Notes under the pieces: model-generated | Database searches by the model: none | What the model was told of the DNA's origin: nothing | The model's input: only the letters and a program-made list of their open reading frames with translations | Shown: positions 1-12,501 of the stretch, in pieces | Numbering within the stretch: the stretch's first letter is position 1 | Layout of the letters: every line of letters begins with the position of its first letter | Position numbers and translations under genes: made by a program | Assembly: GCA_010093995.1 (NCBI GenBank) | Contig: ML992516.1 | Coordinates: 185,413 to 249,412, forward strand | DNA length: 64,000 bases | Reading direction: 5' to 3' | From: Elsinoe ampelina | Taxonomy: Eukaryota

Positions 1-184
1 AAGATTCTCCAAGATTTCCTTGTCCACTGCCAGCTTCAAACGCCCATCTACCCCTCCATCTCCGCGATATCTAGTTGCAGATCCCCGCATCCAACCATAC
101 AGCTTCAAGCTGCGGTCACCCGATAGGGGTTGATCCGCCACACACCATCACCGACCCGTTTTATCAGCAGAGTCATTTGCAACA

Positions 185-1805
185 ATGGTTTACGCTTCTT
201 CTGTTTCCTCAAATGAGGCTTCCTCCTCATCCAACAACAAGAGATCTGTTGCAGACAAACTCAGGATGAAGAGCACACGACCACAGATCCGAATCGCCAT
301 TGATGGCGCCGAGGATTCTTGGGTCATGACATACTCGACTCTCGACAGGATTGAGGGGAAAGTCTACATCACATGCCCAGTCAAGACCAACATTGAGAGT
401 CTGTCCATCGACTTTATCGGTACGCATAATGGTGGCGAGTGATATTCAATTTGCTAATGTTCCCACAGGCACCACAAAGACATTCGTAGAGAAGCTCAGT
501 ACTGCGACAGCCATCAGTGGCCGAACAGAAGCCATGCACCAATTTCTCAAGCTCTCACAACCCATTCCCCAGGCTTCATGGCCCACAGGCAGAGTGCTCG
601 AAGCCAACCAAACATACGAGTTCAAGTTCATTTTCGTTGTTCCAGCACAGTTGCTCCCACGTATCTGCCGTCACAACGTCACCAGCAGCACAGTACAACA
701 GGAACACCTCAAGCTTCCACCTTCGCTTGGCGATCGTACCGTCTCAGGTCGGGGCAAGACACTTCTTGACGACATCAGCCCGGACATGGCGAGGATCAAG
801 TACGGGATTGTCGTCGCCGTCCAGGAGTCCGACACTAACGGTCCCTTCTACGAGCCGGTGACCAAGATCAAAAAGGTTCGCATCGTACCTGCCGTGGACG
901 AAGCGCCTCCTCTCACCGTCGAGGGACCCGACAACGACTACAGACTCCGTGCCGAGAAGGATATCCGCAAGAACATCTTCAAGCCCAAGCTCGGCACTCT
1001 TGTGGTCGAGGCAGCTCAGCCAAAATCCCTACGCGTGCCCTCACACAAGTCGGAAGAGGCCAGCATTGAGAGCACAGTGGCAACCATCAACCTTCGCTTC
1101 GACCCTGCCGATGCAAAGGCACAGCCTCCCAAGCTGGGCGGCCTCGGAACCAAGCTCAAGACGACAACCTTCTTCTCCAGTTCGGCCCGATGCCGAGTAC
1201 CATCCAAGAACGACATGCAGTGGGACTTCAGCCAGGGTATGCACTCGGAGAGTATCAGTCTTGCTTCTCGCTGCATGTCTATGGTCAAGTGGGACTTTCA
1301 CGAAGACACCTCCCGTCCGAACAGCCTAGAGCGCCGCGACTCAACTTCGTCTACCTCTTCTGCCCAAGCCGGTACGATCGAGGCAAGCTCGAAGTACAGG
1401 GGCAACGGCTACTACACCGCAAAGGTCCTGGTACCCATCAGCCTTCCCGCAAACAAAGCCTGGATCCCGACTTTCCACTCTTGCCTCGTCTCCCGCGTCT
1501 ACGCTCTCTACATGCACCTCAACGTTGCTTCCGGAACCATGGGCGGCATCGACCTCAAGATCCCAGTTCAGATCTCCAGCGAGGGCAACCCAGAGGTCTT
1601 GACCGAAACCCGCAACTCGCTTACCCTCGAAGAGCAGGCCATCGAGGCATTTGACGCAGACGAGTTCTTCCTCCCTAGAACCGTCAGCCCAATGGACGCG
1701 AGACTGGCACTCAACAGCAACTTGAGCAACCAAGCCTCTGCTGATCTACCTCCCGAGTACGATGCCTTTCCTAGGACTGGATCCAGGATTCCCGTCATGG
1801 TATAA
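185..1805 (+). CDS. Alpha-arrestin (arrestin-N / Bul1-like) ubiquitin-ligase adaptor
   Basis: ORF 185-442 (YSTLDRIEGKVYIT) joins ORF 351-1805 via intron 420-468 (GTACGC...GCTAAT...CAG). Motifs HQFLKL, YEFKFIFVVP, LPPSLG, PTFHSCLVSRVY; C-terminal PY motif LPPEY. Confidence 0.8.
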
Positions 1806-2861
1806 CTTCAGAGTGAGGAGGGAGATGATAACGAAGATAATGATGAATTTGCGATTGTTACGACACGGATATATTGATCACCTGGCGTTCTTGTCTTGAT
1901 TTACCGTCTCTTCGACATAATTATTCAATCAGCTTCTTCGTTTCAAGCGGTCATTCGACATTCTTGTTTCAGGCACACTTGAGCGATATTATCAGGATCT
2001 TGGAAGATTGGTTACCTTGTTGCTGCTCGAGTGCGATACCCAAGATACCCAAAGATGCTTTTGGTTGGCGTTGGTCAGATTGATTGGTTTCCCTTGGGAT
2101 TTATGGTTCCTTTGATAGAGCGTTTTTCGACGCAGCACATACAAACAAAATGCAGATAATTTACAGGCTAGCCTTAATCTCGTATTCCCCTGACATCAAA
2201 ATTGCCATGCGTGAGAAGCATTTGCCAAGTTCTAACTTTGCTGACCGGACAAACCCCTTGAGAAGCCACCAAACCGTGGTCACTTGCAAACCTTCTCCAA
2301 CTTCATCGCGCATGCAAGTCACGGTCGACATGTGTCAACATATTTGCCGGGCAGGGCATAACCAATGATCAGGTAGCTTTGTTCCCATGCAAATCAGGCT
2401 GATCAGATTTCCATTTATCAAGTACGTTCCACCAAATCAGAACCTCCCAATCTCATGCTCGACCATGACAGGCTGTGACATCACGACCACACCATCAGTT
2501 TTTTTTATGCCCGCTAGCCAACTGCAGTGTAACCCGACGACACAGGAACGCAAACAACACGATCCAAACAGACGAATAGGCATCTCCTAACGAGCTGTTC
2601 CTGGCCTCATCGGCAGATTGAGACATGTCAAGTACCACCCGTTCACGCCGCAAGGTCCACCTTTTGCCCGCCGCCGCCACCAGATCACGCAGGCCGTGAT
2701 GCCGTTATGATTGTACGTGACGTAGGTAAGCTATGAAGATGCGGTAATGTACGGTGTGGGAAGGAGGATATAATGCTTGCCTGTGCCGTTCCTGGAGAGT
2801 AGCTCTGCAACTACCTCTCCTCTGAAAACACCTCAAAACATCCCACCACCAGATCTTCATC

Positions 2862-4358
2862 ATGGCAATGTCCCAGGCTGCCTTCAAGGCAGAGCAAGCC
2901 ATCGGTCACAACGACAACGCTACTACTGCTCAGGATGTCACCAACCCAGCTAACGACAGGGAGAAGTTTGGCGACTCCAGTGAGACCATGAAGGCTCTTT
3001 GTTGGGAGGGGAAGAATACCGTCAAAGTCCGCAAGTACATTCGGTAGTCAAGCAAACATACCCAGCATCTGACTTGGCCAGGCGATGTTCCCAAGCCAAA
3101 GGTCATCGAAGACCGCGACGTCATCCTCAAGATCACCGGTTCCACCGTCTGCGGCTCGGATCTCCACTTGCTCCACGGCACAGTAGTCCAGCTCGCCAAG
3201 GGCGATATCCTCGGCCACGAGTTCTGCGGTATCGTCGACAGCGTCGGATCAAAGGTCTCAAAGGTCAAGCCTGGTGACCGTGTGGTCGCTTCGTTCCAAA
3301 TCGCTTGCGGAGACTGCTATTTCTGCGCGAACAAGCTTTCGTCCCAGTGTGAGAAGACCAACAGTAATGCCATAGAGAATGGCATGTATGGAGGGAACAC
3401 GGCTGGTGTAAGTTCATATATTGGGGAGCCACAATTCTCATACTGATTCGTTTGCTAGATGTTTGGCTACTCTCACTTTACCGGTGGTTTCGCCGGTGGT
3501 CAAGCAGAGTACACCCGTGTACCGTACGGCGATGTCAACCTTCTCAAGCTACCGGATGATGTCCCAGATGAGAAGGGTCTTTACCTTTCCGATGTTGTCG
3601 CCACTTCCTGGAACTGCGTAGTCGACACAAAGGTCTACGACGGAGACGTCGTTGCCATTTGGGGAGCTGGCCCTATTGGTCAGATGGCTGCTGACTTTGC
3701 TTTCATCAATGGTGCCAGACGAGTCATCATAATTGATCAAAACTGGAGACTGGATTTCATCAAGTCGAAATACCCCAAGGTCGAGACTGTCGACTTCTCG
3801 AAGCTCGAGAAAAGTGAGACTGTTGTCAGCACGCTCAAGAAGATGGTCGATGGTCGTGGACCCGACGTCTGTCTCGAGTGTGTCGCCGGTGAATATCCCA
3901 AAGGCTGGGCACACACCATCGAAATCGCCGTCGGTCTTGAGACAGATACCAGTGAGATCCTCAACGAGATGATTGAGAGTTGCAGAAACTTCGGTCGTGT
4001 CGGTATCACTGGTGTCTATGTTGGCTACGTAAGTGTATTCTCAAGCTCATACCTGATCAGCTATTAATGCCACTTCCAGACCAACCACTTCAACATTGGC
4101 TCAGTCATGGAGCGTGGTATCCGCTTCATCGGCAATGGTCAAGCACCAGTCCACCTCTACTGGGAGGACCTCCTCAAGAAGATCCAGAGCGGCGAGATTG
4201 ACCCACTCAAGATGGTCACCCACCGCGTCCGCGTCGAAGATCTTGACAAAGTCTACTACAAGTTCGAGAAGAAGGAAGATGGTATGCAGAAGGTTTTCGT
4301 GGAGACCAAGTTCTCAGCGCCACGCTGCAAGGGCAGCCCTGCTTTGACGACATACTAA
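2862..4358 (+). CDS. Zinc-dependent MDR dehydrogenase (formaldehyde/alcohol dehydrogenase-like)
   Basis: CGSDLH, GHEFCG, CGDCYFC..C structural Zn site, GAGPIG Rossmann motif. Introns 3031-3081 (GC-AG), 3408-3458, 4029-4079. Confidence 0.9.
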
Positions 4359-5155
4359 GCGAGACATGCTGGAAGGCTGGCACGACAGAGAGCATGGACG
4401 GATTGCACAGTAGAGACAGATCAGGTCAACGGCACCCAGAAAGGAGACACTGTACATAGACACCAGGGGGCAAGTTGACAGATGGTTTCGGAGTTTGGTG
4501 AATGGCATGGAGATGAGAAGATACCAGATGCATGAAAAGGAGCAGATATCAGTGATTAGGCAGAAGAGTAATTGATCAGCGACCTGTTCAATCACGTGTG
4601 AATTCGTTGGCATGCGATTCAGTGTTTGTCCAACCTGAGGTATCTTTCTGCTCAACCTCACCTCTTGTCCATCTCCACGTCTATAAATCTGGACCTCCAC
4701 CAAACTTTTCTTCATCCTTGACACAGCACGAATATTTTGGATGCAACCATAACAATCACGACAAACACGATCTGCTAGGCGATCAGCGCATATATAATAC
4801 CATACATCTTCCGGCGTCTCTGTGAGACCGCGTCGTCAAGTCCAGTGTTGCCTGGCGCATTGCTGTCCTGACGCGATCGTGAACGGATACACAACACAAT
4901 CACACAGCGAACCATTCAAACCAGCACTCAGAACGTAACCCCAAGGACTCGTTAGCCTCGTCGTCATCCAGTCGGAAGCGTCCAAGTACGCTATCGCTGC
5001 CAGTCCTACCGCCACCTCGAGCACTCTTCTGCGCCCCGCACCGCTACCCCTCCGCCTTTCGCACTTGGTCGACATCAGTCAACGTTGCTCGCGACAACGA
5101 GCATTTTGCGCGATATCTTCTCACTTTCTCACTTCGCACCACACCGTCTCAAGAT

Positions 5156-6775
5156 ATGCCTCCTCTGTACAACGACTCCGATTCGGAGGATGAGTACCTG
5201 ATGCGCGCGGCGAGAGGCTTGTTGACACCTTCACCCCCTCCCCAGGCCGCAGCTAGTACTTCGCAAACGCTTCCAAGAATAGGCAGGTCTATTCCTACAG
5301 GGCCAAGAAGCATGGTAGCAGGTCGAACAATTCCGACTAGACCAGCAGATAGAATCGCGGACACGGTGGTATCGACTTCCGTCTCACGCGATAATGAAGC
5401 TCGTCGACAAAGTGGAGCGAGTGTCAACGACTCTAGAAGAGGCTCCACGGACGGCATCTTCGTGGGGAAGAACAGTTCCTCCGGTACGAGTACGAGTGCA
5501 AGCTCATCAGCTGCGAGGCCCAGCGCTGGCTTCGCCATAAGAGGTGCGGCCAAGACGACAAGTGCACCAGGCATGAGCGAGAATGTGATCCCCAGCAAGC
5601 GAAAGTCGGAACCTAGTTCGCCTGCCATTGGCACAGAGTCTTCAGCGGGGACAGCTAGCAGCACTTCTTATGAGGGTCCGTTCAGAATTCGGAAGCGGTC
5701 AAGGACCGAGGATCAGCCCATCAAGTCGGAATCCTCATCAAGAAGATCATCAGGGGCAGGACTACCAACACCGGCTGCTGCAATGACAAGGTTGACGTCG
5801 TCCTCGACAGCCGATGTTCGTGTCACTATACCGGAGTGGTATACTCGCCTCAAGAAGAGCAATACCCGCCAGAAGGTCACGAGCGGAGCTGACACCACTC
5901 TTGGTCGGCTCAAAGACCTCATCAAACAGTCCATGGACACCAACCTACCCGGTCGACAGAATATACTCGACAGCCTCATACAGCGAATCCACGACTGTTT
6001 CTTCACCCCGGTCACAGGACAGCTGATCCGAGATCACTTCCTCTTCCACCCTGCCGGCCTACCGAGCATCATCCAAGCTCCACGTACTATCTCCTTCCCC
6101 TTCTATATCCGTCTTGATGCCGAGAATCTATTCCACAAATGGGCCAACCGCGACTTTGGCACCGACCTACTCCACGGGCTCAACTACTCAGCAAAAGACA
6201 ACCTCAGCCTAAAGGACAACTACGCCCTCAAACGCCCCGGTGCCGTGCACGGCAACAACGATCTCGTAAACGGCCAGTGGTGGCCCTTCCAAATGTGCCT
6301 CGTCCGCGACGGCGCCCACACCTCCGCCATGGGAGGCATAGGCGGACGCACCGGCTCCGGCGCCTTCTCGGTGATCATGGCCGGCGGGCTCGACAGCGAG
6401 AACAGACCCTATCCCGATGACGACCAAGGCGACACAGTTCTCTACTGCGGCACCGACGGCGCAGACGGCAAACTCACCGCCAACACCTCCTTGTTGCTCG
6501 AGAACATCGACCTCGGCCGGCCGGTGCGGTTCATGAGGAGTGCGAAGGTGCATTCCAAGTACGCGCCTGAAGTGGGCATTCGATACGATGGACTGTACAG
6601 GGTGGTGGATTTCGAGGTGCTGGATAGGGGGAGACAGAGGTATAGGTTCGAGTTGAAGAGGGAGGCCGGGCAGGATCCGATCAGGTGGGAGGGGGAGGGG
6701 AAGAGGCCTACGAGGCAGGAGGTGGAAGCTGTGGAGAGGTTGAGGAGGGAGAAGAAGTTTGTTGTTAGTGAGTAA
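5156..6775 (+). CDS. SRA-YDG (PUA-like) domain protein with disordered N-terminus
   Basis: C-terminal NGQWWPFQMCLVRDGAH...GGI...AFSVIMAGG...DDDQGDTVLYCG...RPVRFMRS...GIRYDGLYRV matches the SRA/YDG pattern. Confidence 0.85.
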   Translation: MPPLYNDSDSEDEYLMRAARGLLTPSPPPQAAASTSQTLPRIGRSIPTGPRSMVAGRTIPTRPADRIADTVVSTSVSRDNEARRQSGASVNDSRRGSTDGIFVGKNSSSGTSTSASSSAARPSAGFAIRGAAKTTSAPGMSENVIPSKRKSEPSSPAIGTESSAGTASSTSYEGPFRIRKRSRTEDQPIKSESSSRRSSGAGLPTPAAAMTRLTSSSTADVRVTIPEWYTRLKKSNTRQKVTSGADTTLGRLKDLIKQSMDTNLPGRQNILDSLIQRIHDCFFTPVTGQLIRDHFLFHPAGLPSIIQAPRTISFPFYIRLDAENLFHKWANRDFGTDLLHGLNYSAKDNLSLKDNYALKRPGAVHGNNDLVNGQWWPFQMCLVRDGAHTSAMGGIGGRTGSGAFSVIMAGGLDSENRPYPDDDQGDTVLYCGTDGADGKLTANTSLLLENIDLGRPVRFMRSAKVHSKYAPEVGIRYDGLYRVVDFEVLDRGRQRYRFELKREAGQDPIRWEGEGKRPTRQEVEAVERLRREKKFVVSE

Positions 6776-6790
6776 GTGTCGGGGGAAGAA

Positions 6791-6835
6791 NNNNNNNNNN
6801 NNNNNNNNNNNNNNNNNNNNNNNNNNNNNNNNNNN
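6791..6835. other. Assembly gap (45 N)
   Basis: Run of N directly after a G-rich tract. Confidence 0.99.
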
Positions 6836-7212
6836 ATGTGGGCGGTGTTGACATGGCTGGGCCATGGCAAGGGCATCCATCTCCTTGCCAGTCAGACCTC
6901 ACGGCCAGGAAGAGCCAGACGATCTTTTGCTTCCAAGATACCCAGACTACTTCACCACATGAGAGACGAAGATGATTGCTTCTGTACATTAGCACAGCGA
7001 CAGAGAACCCAGCAGGTATAGCTCCAGCAAATTTACAGCAAGAGGCCCAATCGCCCAAGTCAACGATCATAATGCATCACTCTTCCTCCCTGTGTCGAGC
7101 AACTAGTCTACGGGTATCATATGCTTTTTCCCAAACGCCCTGGTGCAAGCAAATCATGTATGCCATTTTCCCCCTCCACCATCTCCCGCAACCATCACAT
7201 TCAAAGCCAGCC

Positions 7213-8418
7213 TCACCCGACAAGCCTCCACTCCCCCTCCTCTTCGTCCCACCCGATCAAGTCCAGCTCAACATTCATCCCCTTGAGCATCACACCCATC
7301 GTGAACCCTTGCCCATCTTCCTCCGCCCGCTGCTCAGCTTCGCGCTGTCTCTGCTCTTCTCCCATGCCGTCATGCCTGCTCATCCGCCTCTCCCCTTCCT
7401 CCTTCTCACGAAAAGCTCTCCCGTCGCGCTCCTCCCCACTTCTGACCGTGTTGTTCCCCCTCCAGCTTCGGCCAGTCCCTCCGTCGCTTTCCCCATCGTG
7501 CGCCACTTGTCCTCGACTACGTCCTTCATCGTCTAGACCACTTTTCCCTCCTCCGCTGTCCCAACCTGATCGCTTGCTGGAGTCCCTCAGAGCACCCATC
7601 CCTCCGGCAGCTTCCACCCGGTCCTTCACTCCAGGGAAGAGGATATCAGCTGCTTCCTGCGCGGCTCTTGTCCATGTCTTGATCAGAGAGGGGAGGTCTT
7701 GCGCCCTCGAAGCGGAGGAGGAGTGGGACAGAGAGGGGTGGGAGGAGAGGAGGGAGATATCGTCTTTCAGGCGTTGGATCTCTGAGGCTTGCTGGCGAGG
7801 GGCGGGAGGGTGGCGTTTGGTTGGGGAGGAGAGGGAGGTAGGTGCGGGCTTGGAGGGGCTGGGTGGGCGGAAGGGGGAGTGGGTGTTGTCTTTGAGAGGG
7901 TGGGGTGGGTCGGTTGTAGGTGGGGGAAAGGTCGAGGCGGGTGTGAGTGTTGGTGCTTGGTCGTGGGCGAGGGAGGTGTCTGGGAGGGTGGGAGAGAAGA
8001 GCGAGAGAGGGGAGGCTTCGTCTTCCGAGTTGGGGATTTCTGTCCTGCCTGCTATGCTTGCAGAGACGGGTACAGTATCTGCGTCGGCGGGATCAGGAGA
8101 TATGACATGCTCATCATGTCCGCGTGAGGGGGGTATTCCATGCTCTTGCGCCTTCCGTGCCTCTGCTTCATGGTGGAATCCAGTCTGGACGCAGAGATCT
8201 TCGCGCTCAAGACAGACATCCTTGACTGGTACAGCTCGGTCGTGGTGTGCAGATGGGCTATCATCGACACTTCTCGACGCACCAAGTCTGCTGGGGCTCT
8301 TGCTCTTCAATCCTTGTCCAGGCGTGGTCGGTACAGTCCGAAGAGGGGAGCGGAAGGGTCTATGTAGTGCTGAAGCAGAGTCGTTCAAGCGCCGTCTTTT
8401 GGCGTGAGGTGTTGACAT
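7213..8418 (-). CDS. Mei5/Sfr1/Dds20-family recombination accessory protein
   Basis: N-terminal KRRRL..ALHRPFRSPL; C-terminal LIKTWTRAAQEAADILF and FTMGVMLKGMNVELDLIGWD, typical of fungal Mei5/Sfr1. Confidence 0.75.
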   Translation of the reverse strand: MSTPHAKRRRLNDSASALHRPFRSPLRTVPTTPGQGLKSKSPSRLGASRSVDDSPSAHHDRAVPVKDVCLEREDLCVQTGFHHEAEARKAQEHGIPPSRGHDEHVISPDPADADTVPVSASIAGRTEIPNSEDEASPLSLFSPTLPDTSLAHDQAPTLTPASTFPPPTTDPPHPLKDNTHSPFRPPSPSKPAPTSLSSPTKRHPPAPRQQASEIQRLKDDISLLSSHPSLSHSSSASRAQDLPSLIKTWTRAAQEAADILFPGVKDRVEAAGGMGALRDSSKRSGWDSGGGKSGLDDEGRSRGQVAHDGESDGGTGRSWRGNNTVRSGEERDGRAFREKEEGERRMSRHDGMGEEQRQREAEQRAEEDGQGFTMGVMLKGMNVELDLIGWDEEEGEWRLVG

Positions 8419-8640
8419 GGTCCTTCATGATGGATCTGCTGAACGTACACGAGCGCGTGAGGTCGTGAGGTGGAGAGTGCGAGAATTCTTGCTAGAGAGA
8501 GACGTGCAGGTCGGAACTCTTGAGGTGGAAGATGCGGAGCTTGCTGTTCTCTCCTCTTGCTGACTATGAATGACAGGATGACATTCAATAATTATATACT
8601 ATAATTTTTCTACTCTGTGCTATAATCTACTCAATCTGAG

Positions 8641-10259
8641 CTACAGTTTGATGCTGATGTTGAAATGGTCCAATGCCAATGCCACTCCTGTCAAGGTCGC
8701 CAAATACCCAGCTAGCACTCCCATGGCTGGGATGTCTGCCATGTCGATTGTCCTCAGACTCATATTCACCAACCCGGTGAGCAGGTTCGCCAACAAGAAG
8801 ATAGCCAGGGCATTCCGATTGTATGCTCCAAGGACTCTCGAGGTGGCCCTTTTCACCCTCTCGACCTCGACCTTCTTGTGTCTCGCCAGATAAATATCGC
8901 CAAAGAACAAGCTCTCAATGGTGCAGAAGATCCAGAGCTGGACACAATTGAAGGCGCATACCCAAGCAACATATGACATGTTGGCGAAACGTCTGGAGAC
9001 CACCATCCTAGGCCCATAGAAGCCGGTCAGGAAATAGTAGAAAACACAGGTGATGCCAGAGTATTTTGCGAGGTTCAGCCAGGCAAATTGACGGTGCGTC
9101 TGGCGCATCTCCTTGACCTTTTCTGATCCTCCGAGAGTCTCAGCTAACCACAAGTCGTTCTCAGCGTCGGCCGCATCAGGATCCTGGTCACGAGGAAGAA
9201 TGTCCATGCCGAGACTCTGACCTGCCAGGAAGATGGCCAAGTAACCAGGAATGGACACTAGACCTTCCTTGTTGGCCGAGAGAAGGTCATCCCGGGGAGC
9301 GAATGCTACCCAGGAAAGCAGATCGGAATAGGTAAAGAAGGTCTGCTGGACGAGACTGACCACGAAACCGATGATAGCATATGAAGGAACCAAACTCAGA
9401 AGCGGCTGGAAGAGCGCAACGAATGGCGGGATCACTGCAAGAGTGAAGAAAAAGTTCCAGTGCACACCATACTCTGTGACATGCTCAACGTAGTTCAGCT
9501 TCTTGACCGAGTAGAGACGGGCCAGACCGAGGAGAAGTAGCGGCAACGCATGTCTGAAAGAGTTCTTGAGACGAGCGATGAAGAAGCTCCGTGGGATATC
9601 GCCATTGATTTCCTTGAGCTGCTGACGGACTGATACGACGCCAGCAGAGAATACGAATGATCCAACTCCGAGATCCATGACCGAGGTGCCAAGTGATTCA
9701 GTCTTTGCAAAGCGTCGAGGAAAGACCTTGAAGTCGACAGCTAGGATACAGATGCAAGTGATGACAATCATGGCACCTCTGTAATGGGTGACAAACGGCT
9801 TGACTGGCAAGGTATCGATGACTTCGAGGTCAGCAGGGTTCTCGTCCTTGGACTCGGTCGATGGCTTCCTTGGGATCTTTCGTGGTTCTGGACTGTTCGT
9901 ATGCGCGAAGATGAACAGTGTTGGTAGTAGGAAAAGGCCGTTCAAGACCAAGGTATTCTCCGAGTAGATTGTGACGGCGAAAAGGATAGCGGCGCCATTG
10001 AGGAGAAAATCGGCTAGGTAAGCCTGCGGAGTGTATGGATCAAAGAACCTTCGTCGGACCTGGAGAATGGACCATAGTAATACCGTAGCCTGACATTCAT
10101 CAGTATAGTCAACATAGAGGGGATGCAAGGACTTACAGGTGCGATAAAGGTGACCTTGTTGATGTCCCAAACAGAGCTGCCGTAATGATCAGACACGAAT
10201 GCTTCCTTGAGCTTTCGGTATTGCTCTTCGTCCGCCGCAGAACCCGTAGCGGATACCAT
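8641..10259 (-). CDS. GWT1: GPI inositol acyltransferase (GPI-anchored wall transfer protein 1)
   Basis: YRKLKEAFVS; CILAVDFKVFPRRFAKTE; MDLGVGSFVFSAG; YVEHVTEYGVHWNFFFTL; NKEG; VSRRFAN. Intron 10090-10136. Confidence 0.95.
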
Positions 10260-10992
10260 GATCACTTCAGTGCTTCTAGATGATCGACTGTAGATACATG
10301 AGTGAGCGGACGGGAATGGATTGTCGTGATGCTTGTAGTTGTTAATGGAGACGTGGCAGAAGACGCGAAGTTTTGCGCATGGAGAATTTCCGACTTCACC
10401 TCCTGAACTCATCCTCTTCCATCAACATCCGACCCGACCAGAAAACATCAAAACCATCCAGCAGAGCGCATGAGAGGTAGCGCCAGGCTAATTGGTCAAT
10501 TGGAGAGGTTTGATCGTTGTTTGAAGTGTTTGGGAGTCAGGTCTGTGGCTGGAGCCATACCACATCCATCGATGCTACTCGAGTGGTGTAATCATAGGTA
10601 CAGGGACAGTCTATCTCCCCAATTTGCTGATGAGAGGTCGTAGAGGCAATCTATGTGATATGGTGCTGTACCTGAAGGTGACAGGGGTCTTCACATGTCA
10701 AGGCAAGTTATGTGCTGGCACGCTTCTTCGACTTCACCTATACGCCTCATCTCCTTTCCTCATTCACCCACTCACCTACAACATCACCTTTCACCGCTAT
10801 CAAATCATCAGAATTTCTTCAGAACATCCATACAGCTCTTTAAAAGCTCGTTAGACCATATACAGCACCCAAAGAAGCATCAGAGACTCGGAGAAGCTCA
10901 ACTCACATCATCTCTCACACATTCTCGCCATATCACATACTCACAACTCGCCTCAAACTCACAAGAGTATAAACTGTACAAGTCTTCACAAG

Positions 10993-11460
10993 ATGAAGCT
11001 CTTTGAAAAGGTATCCCTCTCCAAGCCCTCTGCCGCCGCCATTGCACCTGCCCGCAAAGAATCAGCGAAACCAATATCGATCCTCACGAAATATCCTCTC
11101 CGCGTGGTGAAAAGCATGACCAGCCTGCGAACTCCGACTTCACCTGCCGATATCAAGCTCCCGGAAACACCAGAGAATAAAGGACCAGAATGGATCGAGA
11201 TGAAAGGACTCGACAAGAAGGACGCCACTCCAAGCAGCGTCGGAAGCAACAAACCACTACCCCCTCTACCAGCAAATGCCAACCAGGAGCATATATGGAG
11301 CGTCCGCAACTCACTCGACATGTTCAACTACCAGGCATTGTCGACACCCAAGGCGGACCGAGCAAGCACTAGTGCGCCAAGCAATCCGGCTGCAAGCACA
11401 CCAGGGATTGGCAGCCAGGGGAGTGAGAACTACCAGACTCCGACTTCTAAAGGTACGTGA
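10993..11460 (+). CDS. Hypothetical protein (possibly a first exon; GTACGT donor at 11453)
   Basis: 155-aa ATG ORF after a CA-rich leader, containing NKPLPPLP. No family recognised; any downstream exon (11947-12387?) is uncertain. Confidence 0.35.
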   Translation: MKLFEKVSLSKPSAAAIAPARKESAKPISILTKYPLRVVKSMTSLRTPTSPADIKLPETPENKGPEWIEMKGLDKKDATPSSVGSNKPLPPLPANANQEHIWSVRNSLDMFNYQALSTPKADRASTSAPSNPAASTPGIGSQGSENYQTPTSKGT

Positions 11461-11534
11461 ACAATTCTTTGATTTCTAGTATTATCACATTTGCTTTTGC
11501 CACTTCATTGCCTGCTGTCCTTCGCCGCCGCTGC

Positions 11535-11845
11535 CGTGTGAATACTACCACACCGTCGTCACCATGGTCACCACTGCTTGGACTCGACTGCTGGACTCGA
11601 CCTCTTCCAAAGGAAATTACTACCACACCTCCATGTGGACTCGAGAATATACATATCGTACCGTCCTACCAGGCCAAAAGGTACTACCAGAACGACCGCA
11701 TCGACTTGCGATTGACCCAGCGAATGGCATTACCCTTCCCACATTGGAGCAAAGAAATACTACCAGACCTACCACTCCAATCCCGATTTCTCCAGAAAAC
11801 GGCACCTCTGGCCTCACCTAAGATCAAAAATATCCTACCAGACCA
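11535..11845 (+). repeat. Periodic motif array A: ACTACCA(C/G)A at ~75-bp spacing
   Basis: Core at 11544, 11619, 11683, 11759, 11834 (CCTACCAGACC); gaps 75, 64, 76, 75. Most cores are preceded by an A-rich AAAGRAA(T)-like segment. Confidence 0.7.
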
Positions 11846-12501
11846 CCCACCCCTCGACAGCCCTCCTCACCCACCACGTCTCTGCTACCATCCTGGCCTG
11901 CACATCCAACCACACCAAACCTCCAACATACCCCACCGCTTTCCACATGGACCTCCCCTTCTTTTTCCCCTCTCCCTTTCCCCCCACCTCCCTCTACCAA
12001 GTACACAACACCTCCCCCATCGCCTCCTCCCCCCAAGCGTACAAACCACTGACCAACCCCGCAGACAGAACCCCGCACACCCCCTCCCCGCTCTCCTTCT
12101 CCCGGCCCCGCCCCGCCCCCACCCCCCGCCCCTCCCCAAGAGAAGCCTGGTGGCTCTCCCCCTCCTCTCCCGCCGCCGGAGAGCCCACCGACAAGCAGGG
12201 GGAGTCGCCGGCCCCGCTGGAGGGGTGCGGGGCCAAGTCGACGGGGGTGGACGTGTCGGCGCTGGTGGAGTGGGTGGGGCGGACGAGGGAGGAGATGAAA
12301 GGGTGGAGGCACGGGGGGGACAAGACGCGGGTGATGAGGGCGGTGGGGTTGGTGGAGGGGGCGGTGGGGGAGTGTTTGGGGGAGTAGAGGGGGGTCGGGT
12401 TAGGGGAGGCAGTGGGGTGGACATGGGGGTCGGATGGGGCGCAGAACATGGGGATATGGTGGTGGGGAACTTGCTTGATACTTCAGTGGTCATTGTGTAT
12501 T

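Noticed and set aside
7121..8407. Long antisense or alternative-frame ORFs (also 24002-25045, 26732-27700, 43235-44158, 45318-46655, 62450-63061)
   Set aside because: Shadows of real genes in GC-rich or skewed DNA; low-complexity translations with no family motifs.
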